NCBI GenBank assembly: GCA_000002435.2
Contig: CM018791.1
Length of the DNA stretch: 64,000 nucleotides
From: Giardia intestinalis
Lineage: Eukaryota
Strand: one strand, 5' to 3'
Positions 38,996-48,709 of the stretch are shown piece after piece; the stretch's first letter is position 1; every line of letters starts with the position of its first letter. The notes beneath the pieces are model-generated. The model ran no database searches, was not told the DNA's origin, and saw only the letters and a program-made list of their open reading frames with translations. The translations under genes were made by a program, and so were the position numbers.

Positions 38996-40384
38996 ATGCA
39001 GTGGCCTTCACCAAGCACTTTGTATACCGGCCCCATCCTGGCACCAATGGTGCGAGCAAGCTTTCCAGGGATTCGTGCGCTTGCAGCAGCACTGGGTGCA
39101 TCGGCCGTTTACACCGGTGCAATCGTCGGAGACAGCCTCAGAGATGTTGTCACAGAGGTGGATCTGAGCAACATGATTGCCAAGATATCCACGACACGCC
39201 GGTCTGCGGGATCCCCATCGTGTGTGATCATTTCTGTTCCCATTCAGGCCACAGAGACGCCGGGGCAGTTCGAACCGGCAATACCACTGGTTGTGCAGCT
39301 GACCGTCAACGAATATGACGATGTCGATAAGATTTGTAGCATCCTTGCACCATGGTGTGTGGGGATAGACCTGAATCTAGGCTGTGGGGCCCAATTTGCT
39401 GTGTCAGGTGGAAGGGGACAGCGTCTTGTAGACAAAGCAGAGAATGTTATAGCGCGATTCTTAAAGGCGTTGCAGCAGATCGAGGATAGTGGTGGAAGAC
39501 GCATAAGCTTTTCGATAAAGCAGCGGCTTTTGGGTTCTGTCGAAGAAACTGTCAATAAGATGTGTGCATTTTACAAGCTTGGGGTCAATTGCATTGCAGT
39601 ACACATGCGCAGAAAGGGCGAAGAGCGAGGCTGCACACACGCAGATTGGGGCTCCTTCTTTCAAGTGTTATCCGGATTATATACTTGGTTTTGGACGGTC
39701 TTTTGTCAAGGTGATCTCCAGCTCTTTGAAGATGCTCTTAGAACATTTCACGTAGTTGCGAACGGAGACCTGTTTTCGCGGGAGACCATCACTGACTTCT
39801 TCTCCCTCTCTGAGCAGTACTTTTCGCAATTACCCACAGATATACAGCCGTACTTATCCAGTCGATATGGACGCCTGACTCCAGTGATGCTGGCTCGAGG
39901 AGCCATATCTGACTTAAGCCTCTTCTCCTTTATACTTGAGCAGAGAGGAGAATCAGCTAAGAAGGCAGATGCCTCCGTTCCTGCACATATCTCTGAGGTG
40001 CTTTCTTTGTTGCAGCCAACCAACGAGCCCCTCTGCTACCTCAATCAAGCAAAGGCGCTTCTGCAAGTGTCTGAAGCCACAAGTTCCCACTTCAACAACT
40101 ACAAGTACACAGTCCTCAACGGCATAGCTTTTGTCAGAAGCCATGAAATTTACAAGTCTAATACTCAACGCCTTGCATACAAATACTTCAACCAAGAACT
40201 GCAAACACCAAAAACATACGGGGAGTATCGCACCCTGTTGAACAGATTGTCATCGAAACCATATTCCTATTGGGCTACATTATTACAAGAACAGACAAGA
40301 CCGTCTACGGAGAAAGAATGCTATCAGCCTCCTGCTCCTTCGCTGACGGCGCCTGAACAGGAGGAACGGAATCACAAATGTTAG
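38996..40384 (+). CDS. DUS: tRNA-dihydrouridine synthase (Dus family)
   Basis: The N-terminal ILAPMVRASFPGIRALAAALGASAVYTGAIV matches the Dus LAPM(V/A) motif and TIM-barrel start. ATG verified, with the AT-rich aaataaATG directly upstream. Confidence 0.6.
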   Translation: MQWPSPSTLYTGPILAPMVRASFPGIRALAAALGASAVYTGAIVGDSLRDVVTEVDLSNMIAKISTTRRSAGSPSCVIISVPIQATETPGQFEPAIPLVVQLTVNEYDDVDKICSILAPWCVGIDLNLGCGAQFAVSGGRGQRLVDKAENVIARFLKALQQIEDSGGRRISFSIKQRLLGSVEETVNKMCAFYKLGVNCIAVHMRRKGEERGCTHADWGSFFQVLSGLYTWFWTVFCQGDLQLFEDALRTFHVVANGDLFSRETITDFFSLSEQYFSQLPTDIQPYLSSRYGRLTPVMLARGAISDLSLFSFILEQRGESAKKADASVPAHISEVLSLLQPTNEPLCYLNQAKALLQVSEATSSHFNNYKYTVLNGIAFVRSHEIYKSNTQRLAYKYFNQELQTPKTYGEYRTLLNRLSSKPYSYWATLLQEQTRPSTEKECYQPPAPSLTAPEQEERNHKC

Positions 40385-43300
40385 AGCTACGATTGGTTGG
40401 ATCACAGACAGGGATGCCATCAAAGAATGTTCCCTCCTTTCCAACAGATTTAGCATACTCCCGCACCAGCGCGTCGCTGTACATGTCAGAAAACTTCCCT
40501 GTCAACACAGGATATGTGCGCTTGAACTGCTCTACGCTGTCCATGTCAATGAGAATCTTCAAGATGTTAGCAGACGAAGGAAGTGCATAACGCACATAGG
40601 TAGGAGAAGAAACAAGATAGTCGAAAACGTCACCAGAGCCGTTTTTCACTGCAACCATGAAGGCGTAATCGTTCATGCCGCCCTCAACACGGCTTTTCAC
40701 CTCCAACTCAAAGAGCTCCTTGTTACTAGAGCCTGTCTCCCCCGCCGCCTCCATAATGAGCTTGACAACTCCAATGCAGTTCATAGCACACGCCATGAGA
40801 AAAGCGGTCATTCCGAGATACTTATCACCTGGCATTCGCTGCGCCACGTTTTGCTGCAAGGACACGCCAAGCTCAACGCGGACAGTAAAAAGCTTCTTCA
40901 TGAAATCGAGGTACGTGAAGATAGATGTGTCACTAGCCGGTAAAGACGAGCAGCGCTCTACTAAGCGCATAAAGCATGTATAACCGCGCTTATCCCTGAG
41001 TCCTAAGTCCTGCTTCTGTCCCGGGGAGTTGAGCCTCTTTACACTCTCGTTATACAGCAGATTAAACATATCTATCTTTCCGCTCATTGCTGCGGTCATC
41101 AAGCACGACTCGCCCTGGTGCATACACCCAAGGAACTCCAGGTTATTCTGAGCCCCCTGAATGTCATCTTTGACTATAGCATTATGGAGTTTGTGCTCCG
41201 GAAAGTCCTCGTACTGAGCAAGGATATCTTCTATGCCACGGTAGTTTTGCTTCATCGCGAGGACACGGGCATTGTCGTTGTGCTTGTTCAGCATCCCCTT
41301 CTCATGGGGAGCGAGTAGCTTGACACCGTCAATGTAATTATTGGTTGCAGCTATCATTAGCGCCGTCTGGTGCTGATCGTCATATACCCGAACACCATGC
41401 CCCAGTTCGACAAGGACCTCAACCACGCGCGTCACCTTTAATTTTGTCGCGAACTGCAGGTGTGTTAGGCCAAGGACAGTGTGTGCCCGTGAAGGAATGT
41501 TGTTAGCTAAGTGCATTATAATGGTGTTAGTGAACGGAATCTCAGTGACCGGCTTCATATCAACCTTTGTCTTTAGATCTGCTAGGATCTTCTCTATGGA
41601 CAGGTCATCCGTTTCCAAGTTCAGATCACCTCCAGTACCCCCGACAGGCTTTTCGGTGTCATCCTTCTTAGAGACAATAGGCTGGCTTCCGAGGACGTAA
41701 GTATCTCCGATTTGACTCAGATACTTGATGGCGGCAATAAGGCAGTCGTCGTCGAACTTATCATTGATTCTCCGTTCGAGAGGAGCCAGCTCAGCAACTA
41801 TCGACTCTCGGCCCATCCGAGCCGCGACTAGGAGAGCAGTAACACCGCTGTTGCTACTACGCATGCCCGCCTCATATGGTATGAGGATGCGCGCTATGTC
41901 TGTTTGGTTCCGGTATATGCTTATCATGAGCGCTGTGTAGTAGTCTGCCTCTTGCTTAATCTCTGGAAGAGTCATATAGTACAGCTCCCTGGACTCGTAT
42001 GGGGCCAAGATGCGTACGACGTCGACCGCATCTACCTCAACAGCGTGCATGAGTGCCGTATACTTGCAACACTCACATATCTTTCCAATCTGTCGCTTGA
42101 ATTTGGATTTGACGTTGATGCTGGGAGAGCCTGGCCCCATGGTTGACGGCGCAGAGTCATCTCCTGGTACTATAGAGGAGGACGAGGGATGTGGAAGCGA
42201 CGTGCCCGGCATATCGAGCCGCTTCACAACGCGCAAGTTCGTCTCGTGAAGCATAGACTCCACATTTGGGACCACGAACGCACTATCCTTGAAGATCTTG
42301 GACTTCTTGATCTCTTTGGCAATTTTCCTGCGCTGAAGGTCTGCATTGTCACTTGTCTTGATTATCTCCTCGCAAGTAGCGGAGCTACTATTGATTGCCG
42401 CCAGCATGAGTGGCGTATGCGTCATGCGCTTGCCTGTCTCACCATACTCAGAGAGTATGTCGATGCAATTGGCACTGCCGACCTCGCAAGCAACCTCATA
42501 CGGAGTTAGCCCCTTGCGGTTCTTGATGTCGAACTCCTCTGGGGCCAGTAGTTTGCAAGCCCCAACACTATTCGCTCGCACAGCGTAGTGAAGGGCCGTG
42601 TTTCCTTCATCGTCACAAGCACGAAGTAGCAGATTGCGCGTGTCCTTGTTGTATAGAAGAATCTCTATAATTTGGCGGTTATTACTAGCTGCAGCGACCA
42701 TCAGAGCTGTTGCATTCATTGGCTTCAGGCGTGCCTTGAGTTCTGAAAGCACCTGAGGCTTGAAGATCGCATACGATCCACAAACAACCTCATCCATTAT
42801 CTTAACACGGTTGAGCATGCACGCTATGAGTAGCCCAGAGGCGCCCATACTTGAAACAAGGCCTGCTTCCGCTTCAAACAGCTGCATAAAGCAATCGTAC
42901 TGGTTGAGCTCTGCGGCCAGCATGAGCGCAGAAAAGCCGATATGACTGAAGAAGGCCTGAAACTGCGTAGCCGGTTGTGTGTCAGAGTACGTTCGCAGCA
43001 TGATCTTTGCCGACGTCGTCTTGGCCTTACTCAGAAGGGTGAGTGTCTCATTGATGATTCCCTCAACCCCTTTCAGCGTTGTCTGCATTCCTGGAGTGGA
43101 GTTGATTTTTGCCTGCAGAGAGCGGCATCCGTCACCGATGGCAATGATTTTCTGAATGGCCTGCTTTGAAAAGCCCAGAGAGACAGACGCGTCTGTATCG
43201 GTCCCAATAAAAGCCGAGATGTATGCCATGCAAGTAGAGATTATATGCTTAACCTTTGTCTGGTCCTCATTCGAGATGGTAGCATCACTCTGGAATGCAG

Positions 43301-45860
43301 CAAGGCACATGTCCTTGATCTTCCCCAGGTTGTTCTGGATAGAGAAGAAGAGGTCCTTAACAGAAACCTCCTGATTTGCGGGGGTATCTCCCAGACCAGA
43401 CTTTGACAAGGTATCAAAGCCGGAGAATGTGGGCTCAAAGCCCTGAAGATTTGAAAATGAGCGTGATCGCATAGCAAGGGCCGAAGTATTTATGCCGAGA
43501 GTGGATCCCACTGCACTGGTCGCAGCGTCGAAGTTGACTTTAGAATCCACGCGCCGAAAGTCTGAAGCTCCGCCGTTATGAGAGGCGTGTCTGCTGTGGC
43601 CAGCAGAAGAGATAGGGCTCTTCATCGTGGAGGCATCGCTGTTGGCCTCCATCAAGGCACTAGCGGTGAAGATCTTCTCGGCATTTTTGATAGCCTGGGC
43701 CGTCTTCGCCTCAATTTCCTTTGCAACCTTCTTCTGCTGCTCTCTCATAGACGTAGCGAAGTTCTTGTAATTATTTTTGGCAGTAAGTGTGGCATCCTTC
43801 ACCTCTTTTGCACGCAGGGCCTTCATGGTCATCTTCTTGTTAGCAAACTCATTATTGACGGTGGCGTCGTTAGTAGATGAGTACTTATGCAGCCAGACAT
43901 CTTCGGGTGTAATAAAGACATTGTCGCCTTCACCACCCAGCATCTCCTGGCAGAAGGACATGTCAGAACTGTATTCTATTTCATTGAAAAGATCGTGTAG
44001 CTCTCCGGTGGCCTGAAGCCCGCATTCAGTTTCTTTAAGCTCGCACACGTAATCTGTATAGCCACGGGCAACTGCATACATCAATGCGGTTGCTCCAGAT
44101 GCAGAGTAGAGCCCGCCCTCGCCACCAGGAGCCTGCTTAAGGATTTTCTCTTTAACGGTTGCAGGAATCTGTAGCGATGTTATATATTTCTGCTTCCGGT
44201 TACGATTCAGATAAGGCGAGGACAGAAGACGGACAACATCGAGGTTTGAAGTGCGGGTGTTGATTCCTGTTGTCTCTAGCTCCTTCCCTGTTATCACCGT
44301 CCCCACAGGTAGAGACGGTGTCGGCGAATCGACAGTGCTGACCGTAGCAGGTTGCTCCTGAGTACCACATAGCCCAGGCTTTGTGGTGGCAACGGATCCT
44401 GCTGAACCTGCCGAAGAAGCTGCAGTTTTATAGTACGTCATTGCTAGCGGTGACATAACAGCTAGCATGAGTGCAGAGTAGCCCTTCTGGGTCTGAATAC
44501 ACATTTCCCTGCTACTAACGATTGTGTTCGTTATCCTAAGGTCTCCTTGGACGGCTGCGTACATGAGAGCCGTGAAGCCATTGATATCAAGGTGGCCCAG
44601 CTCGCGGATCAGCAACTCCTTGGCTATGAGAGGATAATGGAGGCGGGCGGCAAGGATAAGCGACGACTCCTTGTTCGAATTGGTCATCTGTGTCTCAAAG
44701 GTGGAAAGAATCTTGACTGCGATGAGGTTGTTGGCCACTACGGCACAGTAAAGTGCGCAGGAGAGCGTCGGATGCGCGGAGGACATGCCTACTTCCTTGA
44801 CCATCAGTTGACGCATGCAAGATATGTAGTTCATAACATAGTGAAGCGGATGCTTATCATAGGTCGTCACTGGCGCGGGGGTCTGATGTCTGGGGGAAAG
44901 TATTGACTGGACAGATTGCATGGCAATGGTCGAAGAGGAGGGATCGCCTACAAGGAAGGTGGTAGTGATAGGATTGGGGCTGATGACGCTAGAGGACGTA
45001 AAGCCTCCCGGCGTAGACGCTGCTGTCGGGGACATAACTGTGGAGGATGTCGGGTTCTGCCCTGTTATATCTGCAAGGATTGTGGAGGCCAACGCCTCAG
45101 TCGTTTGCTCTGGCGCAGAGGCAAACGGCTTGTAGCTCTGGTAGCTAGGCATCAGTTTAGTGAAATCGTCCGGATGACAGTTCAAGAGATCGTTCAAATC
45201 CAACTTATTAAACTGATCTGTACCTCCAAAGCAGTGCATGATGCGGGTCATGGCGATGACGGTGACCATCAGAGCAGACACCCGGTTGGCATCGTTCGTA
45301 CAGAGGCACGCCTCATAGGGAAGCAGCAGGTCCAAAATCTCGCAGTGTCCAAGGGCCGCGGCATGCATGAGAGCTGTCATGCTGTTCTGATACGCACCTA
45401 GTTCCTTCTCTGCATCAGATCTCTCCAGATATCCCTCCTTTAGGTTGTCACAAAAGTCTTTCACGTATATGTAAGAATTGTTCTTCACAGCAAGGATAAG
45501 GGCGGTGTTGCCAAAGCTGTCTTTGAGGCCCATTTCCCCTGCAAGGGGGCGAATACATATACCTTGGTTGGCAATCGCTGCATGCATTAGTGCGGTACGC
45601 CTGTAAGGCCCTGTCTGAAGGCCGAGTTCCTGGATAATTTTCAACGACGACGCGTTCTGATTCTGTGCCTTGACAATCCCGTTTACCGCATGAGCTTTTC
45701 CGTTGGCAGCAGCGATCTGGAGGGCGGTCATGTGATTTACCGGGTCGATACACCCGGTCATCGAAATGTACTTTTTAAGGATGTCTCCGTTATTCTGCAT
45801 CACAGCTGCCATCAAGGGGGTCTGAGCGACCTTGTTTTCAGGACTTGTAGTATCTGCCAT
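40305..45860 (-). CDS. very large ankyrin-repeat protein (Protein 21.1-type), 1851 aa
   Basis: ATG verified (cat at 45858-45860). It has dozens of ankyrin repeats (TALMHAA, TALMISIYRNQTDIARILIPYEAG, ...) separated by low-complexity linkers. Its last 80 nt overlap the 3' end of the Dus CDS on the opposite strand. Confidence 0.8.
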   Translation of the reverse strand: MADTTSPENKVAQTPLMAAVMQNNGDILKKYISMTGCIDPVNHMTALQIAAANGKAHAVNGIVKAQNQNASSLKIIQELGLQTGPYRRTALMHAAIANQGICIRPLAGEMGLKDSFGNTALILAVKNNSYIYVKDFCDNLKEGYLERSDAEKELGAYQNSMTALMHAAALGHCEILDLLLPYEACLCTNDANRVSALMVTVIAMTRIMHCFGGTDQFNKLDLNDLLNCHPDDFTKLMPSYQSYKPFASAPEQTTEALASTILADITGQNPTSSTVMSPTAASTPGGFTSSSVISPNPITTTFLVGDPSSSTIAMQSVQSILSPRHQTPAPVTTYDKHPLHYVMNYISCMRQLMVKEVGMSSAHPTLSCALYCAVVANNLIAVKILSTFETQMTNSNKESSLILAARLHYPLIAKELLIRELGHLDINGFTALMYAAVQGDLRITNTIVSSREMCIQTQKGYSALMLAVMSPLAMTYYKTAASSAGSAGSVATTKPGLCGTQEQPATVSTVDSPTPSLPVGTVITGKELETTGINTRTSNLDVVRLLSSPYLNRNRKQKYITSLQIPATVKEKILKQAPGGEGGLYSASGATALMYAVARGYTDYVCELKETECGLQATGELHDLFNEIEYSSDMSFCQEMLGGEGDNVFITPEDVWLHKYSSTNDATVNNEFANKKMTMKALRAKEVKDATLTAKNNYKNFATSMREQQKKVAKEIEAKTAQAIKNAEKIFTASALMEANSDASTMKSPISSAGHSRHASHNGGASDFRRVDSKVNFDAATSAVGSTLGINTSALAMRSRSFSNLQGFEPTFSGFDTLSKSGLGDTPANQEVSVKDLFFSIQNNLGKIKDMCLAAFQSDATISNEDQTKVKHIISTCMAYISAFIGTDTDASVSLGFSKQAIQKIIAIGDGCRSLQAKINSTPGMQTTLKGVEGIINETLTLLSKAKTTSAKIMLRTYSDTQPATQFQAFFSHIGFSALMLAAELNQYDCFMQLFEAEAGLVSSMGASGLLIACMLNRVKIMDEVVCGSYAIFKPQVLSELKARLKPMNATALMVAAASNNRQIIEILLYNKDTRNLLLRACDDEGNTALHYAVRANSVGACKLLAPEEFDIKNRKGLTPYEVACEVGSANCIDILSEYGETGKRMTHTPLMLAAINSSSATCEEIIKTSDNADLQRRKIAKEIKKSKIFKDSAFVVPNVESMLHETNLRVVKRLDMPGTSLPHPSSSSIVPGDDSAPSTMGPGSPSINVKSKFKRQIGKICECCKYTALMHAVEVDAVDVVRILAPYESRELYYMTLPEIKQEADYYTALMISIYRNQTDIARILIPYEAGMRSSNSGVTALLVAARMGRESIVAELAPLERRINDKFDDDCLIAAIKYLSQIGDTYVLGSQPIVSKKDDTEKPVGGTGGDLNLETDDLSIEKILADLKTKVDMKPVTEIPFTNTIIMHLANNIPSRAHTVLGLTHLQFATKLKVTRVVEVLVELGHGVRVYDDQHQTALMIAATNNYIDGVKLLAPHEKGMLNKHNDNARVLAMKQNYRGIEDILAQYEDFPEHKLHNAIVKDDIQGAQNNLEFLGCMHQGESCLMTAAMSGKIDMFNLLYNESVKRLNSPGQKQDLGLRDKRGYTCFMRLVERCSSLPASDTSIFTYLDFMKKLFTVRVELGVSLQQNVAQRMPGDKYLGMTAFLMACAMNCIGVVKLIMEAAGETGSSNKELFELEVKSRVEGGMNDYAFMVAVKNGSGDVFDYLVSSPTYVRYALPSSANILKILIDMDSVEQFKRTYPVLTGKFSDMYSDALVREYAKSVGKEGTFFDGIPVCDPTNRSSNICDSVPPVQAPSAKEQEADSILSP

Positions 45861-46003
45861 TTAGAGTCGGCTACTACTTTTTAAAATTTTACCAGTTTTT
45901 GATGTTTAAAATTTTTGACGAACATTCGCAATTTAATCCTCGCGGATTGTTTAAAGGTGTTCACAAGCTCAATCGTCAGAGAAGTGTAGACTCCACCAGA
46001 AGC

Positions 46004-46010
46004 ATTTACT
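46004..46010 (-). promoter_or_regulatory. AGTAAAT polyadenylation-signal match overlapping the TAA stop of the 464-aa gene
   Basis: The + strand reads atttact. On the minus strand this is AG-TAA-AT with TAA (46008..46006) as the stop codon. That is an exact AGTRAAY match in the position where the diplomonad poly(A) signal frequently overlaps the stop. Confidence 0.4.
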
Positions 46011-47400
46011 GAGCAGATGGAGTGACTGCTAGAAATGCAAGTACTCCAGGGGTTCTCCTCTCATGTATCTTTGTTCTGATTGTTGCTAAAAAGACCACAG
46101 ATAAAACATGCTTGCCCGTGTCAACAGACACACCGCCGATTCTGCTATGCTTACCCGACGGGTTGCAGGTTTCTGCTGTCGCGGCTTCGTATGCAGCACA
46201 GAAGCTTTTAACCAGTCCAGAACTTAGTGGCCTGGGAGTAGATACTCCGATGCTTAACTTTGTTAGCAGATCTGTCAAGTTTTTGGACTCGACACCTACT
46301 GTGTCCACTCCGCCGTCCACAAAGCCGATCGGAACGCAGAGTTCCATCTTTACTGGTTGCTCATCTGCAGTATCCGCAGTACCTCCATAATACCACTCCA
46401 GAAGAGCGTGAAGGCCAGTATCTGTGGGGTCTAGTTCTCTGGCAATACTCATCCCCAAGTAGAGCAAATGTGCAGAGAAATTGATCGTGGTGTATCGTAC
46501 GGACAGCATAAGGACTTCCTTCTCCCATACTGTGTGCTCTGTCGAATCGGTATCAGCACACACTGGCTGCACTACCATGCTCAAGCCATCCGGTTTAAGT
46601 TGTGATAGAAATGCATCCGCAGACCCCAGATAAACGTGCTTTGGCGTAAGAGTAATGTGCGACAGTAAGTTGAGGAGCACTGTGTCCGCTCCACTACGGC
46701 TGCAGAGGAGAGCGATCTGCATGCAGAGAAGAAAAAGCGGAGCATCCGCAAACATGGACAGGTTTGCCTGCTTGTAGTCATCCCGCAGCTTATCATACTG
46801 ATGGAGGGGCAGTGTACGAAGAAGAGAGAGTACTCGGCGGGGCGAGGTCTGACAGAAGTCAAGGATTTCCTGAACAGGGCAGACATCCATGACGACCCCC
46901 AGCTCAATGTAGCTTCGCAACACGATTCGTAGGTGCAAAAGCTGACCGCGGGTTGCCCTGCAAATCACATCCCTGAAATTGAGTAAGCACAAGATACGGG
47001 CGGTGAATTGCAGCTGAACGTGTCGTACTCGCGCTATCTCCTGCTCCAGGTAGTCTGCCAAGTAGTTATGACCTCCCTTCTGGTACTGCATATCAATAAT
47101 ACCAAGCAGTTTAGAACTAAACAGATAGTTTTCCTCGTACTCTAGGAAGTTCAAGAAGTGCCCCTGATACTCTGCTGTCTGCGATGTGAAGTCCTTCATG
47201 TTGTCTATTTCATCTTTAGCTAAGATTATGTACTTAATTAGATCCCTGGTATACGATTCGCCCAATTCTGTGTCTCTAGTACTAAGGGTACCTGTCTGCG
47301 CCCGCTCACTAAGCTCGAGGATTTTATTTAAGACTGATATTAAGGCATCAAAAGTGTACTCAAGCTTCTCGAGCTTTCTAATGATCTGCTGCTCCGACAT
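46006..47400 (-). CDS. hypothetical protein, 464 aa
   Basis: ATG verified. It is mostly helical, and no motif recognised. Confidence 0.65.
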   Translation of the reverse strand: MSEQQIIRKLEKLEYTFDALISVLNKILELSERAQTGTLSTRDTELGESYTRDLIKYIILAKDEIDNMKDFTSQTAEYQGHFLNFLEYEENYLFSSKLLGIIDMQYQKGGHNYLADYLEQEIARVRHVQLQFTARILCLLNFRDVICRATRGQLLHLRIVLRSYIELGVVMDVCPVQEILDFCQTSPRRVLSLLRTLPLHQYDKLRDDYKQANLSMFADAPLFLLCMQIALLCSRSGADTVLLNLLSHITLTPKHVYLGSADAFLSQLKPDGLSMVVQPVCADTDSTEHTVWEKEVLMLSVRYTTINFSAHLLYLGMSIARELDPTDTGLHALLEWYYGGTADTADEQPVKMELCVPIGFVDGGVDTVGVESKNLTDLLTKLSIGVSTPRPLSSGLVKSFCAAYEAATAETCNPSGKHSRIGGVSVDTGKHVLSVVFLATIRTKIHERRTPGVLAFLAVTPSAQ

Positions 47401-47770
47401 ACCCCTGATGCTCCGTCACCGTCTTCCTTTCGCCGGCAATTGGTTATAAGTTTATTTTTTAACGACAGATCATGTGGACAATTGGAGTGTCTAAAGACGT
47501 CTGCGCTATCTGAGGCATACGGGGTGGCTAGGGCCACTTGTTCTTAAAGCAATGTGATGTTAGATTAACTTATCTATAAAAATCATACCACCGGGTACTA
47601 TTCGTCTTTTCGACTGTTTTGGCGTTCTTTGTTGTCAGCCGATATCAACTAAAAGCCTCACTAAATCACCGTACCCTCCGCGCACCTTCACATAAGATCT
47701 CAATCTTGCTCCCTCTTCTGCTCTGCACAAGAGAGTAAGTATTTTACTAGTCGTATTTTAACAATTGTAT

Positions 47771-47798
47771 TTGCTCAGATTGCTCAGATGTTGCTGAG
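47771..47798 (+). repeat. short direct repeats TTGCTCAGA TTGCTCAGA TG TTGCTGAG, 20-50 bp upstream of the first tandem-paralog ATG
   Basis: Read directly in the 419-bp spacer. Confidence 0.6.
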
Positions 47799-47819
47799 TT
47801 TTGAGACTGTCACGCTACC

Positions 47820-48167
47820 ATGAACTCGAATTCTAAAAACAAAACAATGTCATGCTGTGGAAATCGGGACGTGGCCCCTGCAATAGCTCCTTTGAGTGAG
47901 GATTTCTTTAGTAGGAGCGTGGAGCTAATCTTGCCAGGGCACAGTTCCGATATACGTCTAGTTTATGAGAATGATCAATGGCAAAACGCTGGCATAGAAA
48001 AAAGTGTGGAGTACAAAAGTCTTCTAGAGCGATGTAAAGTCCTCGAGCGAGAGAAGAAGGAGCTAAAGGCGAAGTATGACGAGGCTCTGCGAAAGCTCGC
48101 CATTCTATCTCTCGAGCATGAAAAGCTTCAAAACGCCACAGAAATACACGTTAAGAAGAACATATGA
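47820..48167 (+). CDS. small coiled-coil protein with N-terminal MSCCG cysteine cluster (tandem paralog A); 115 aa from first ATG, 106 aa from second ATG at 47847
   Basis: ATG verified. The protein reads ...MSCCGNRDVAPAIAP...IRLVYENDQWQN...KSLLERCKVLEREKKELKAKYDEALRKL.... It is clearly similar to the next ORF. Confidence 0.55.
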   Translation: MNSNSKNKTMSCCGNRDVAPAIAPLSEDFFSRSVELILPGHSSDIRLVYENDQWQNAGIEKSVEYKSLLERCKVLEREKKELKAKYDEALRKLAILSLEHEKLQNATEIHVKKNI

Positions 48168-48182
48168 GAACACTAGTGCTAT

Positions 48183-48677
48183 ATGGCCTGTGCTCTTGAC
48201 GTTAGCACAGGTTCAGCGTATGGGATACGTAAATTTTGTAGTGAATTTTACAGTGAATTTTGCAGTGAATCTTGGGTCATGTCGTGCGCATGTAGACAGC
48301 AGCCTGTGGAGACGTGCGGGTATTCCACGGACATCTGGAGCATGACTCCGCAACTGAAGCTTTCTACTGCATCTGGTCCGGTGGAGATCACCTATGAAGA
48401 TGGCGTCTGGAGCTGCAATAACGCTGCAGACACAGACATCCAGAAGCTTCACGACAGCGCCACTAAACTTGAGCATCAGAAAAAGCACCTTGAAGACAAA
48501 TTACGATCCATTGAGGAGGAGTGTCGCAAGAAAGAGCGTGCCATTGAGCTAATCCTGGGCTCGAATAAGTGCACAACTGTGCCCCGCAGGAAGACACCCG
48601 TGTTTACTGCTGTACCTGGGGGTTATTCTGAAAAGACTCTGTTTTCGGAAGTCAGGAGCTCTGCAACACTTTTGTAG
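48183..48677 (+). CDS. small coiled-coil protein with MSCACRQQ cysteine cluster (tandem paralog B); 164 aa from first ATG, about 132 aa from internal ATG at 48279
   Basis: It is in the same frame as paralog A, separated from it by two stops. The shared blocks are MSC(C/A)C, then (I/L)x(L/I)xYE(N/D)(D/G)xW, then a heptad coiled coil (LEHQKKHLEDKLRSIEEECRKKERAIEL). The 5' 96 nt of the annotated ORF contain a 12-mer tandem repeat, so they may be 5' leader rather than coding. Confidence 0.55.
   Translation: MACALDVSTGSAYGIRKFCSEFYSEFCSESWVMSCACRQQPVETCGYSTDIWSMTPQLKLSTASGPVEITYEDGVWSCNNAADTDIQKLHDSATKLEHQKKHLEDKLRSIEEECRKKERAIELILGSNKCTTVPRRKTPVFTAVPGGYSEKTLFSEVRSSATLL
48238..48273 (+). repeat. 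12-bp tandem repeat x3 (GTAGTGAATTTT ACAGTGAATTTT GCAGTGAATCTT)
   Basis: Read directly. It lies just upstream of the internal ATG (48279) of paralog B. Confidence 0.85.
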
Positions 48678-48709
48678 ACAAACATAAGATCTAACCAGTT
48701 GAGTGTCTC

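Noticed and set aside
44916-45401. 161-aa Cys-rich plus-strand ORF (CCRGHNCGGCRVLPCYICKDCGG) that superficially resembles a surface-antigen fragment
   Set aside because: It lies entirely antisense within the well-supported 1851-aa ankyrin-repeat gene. Its composition is an artefact of the complementary strand.
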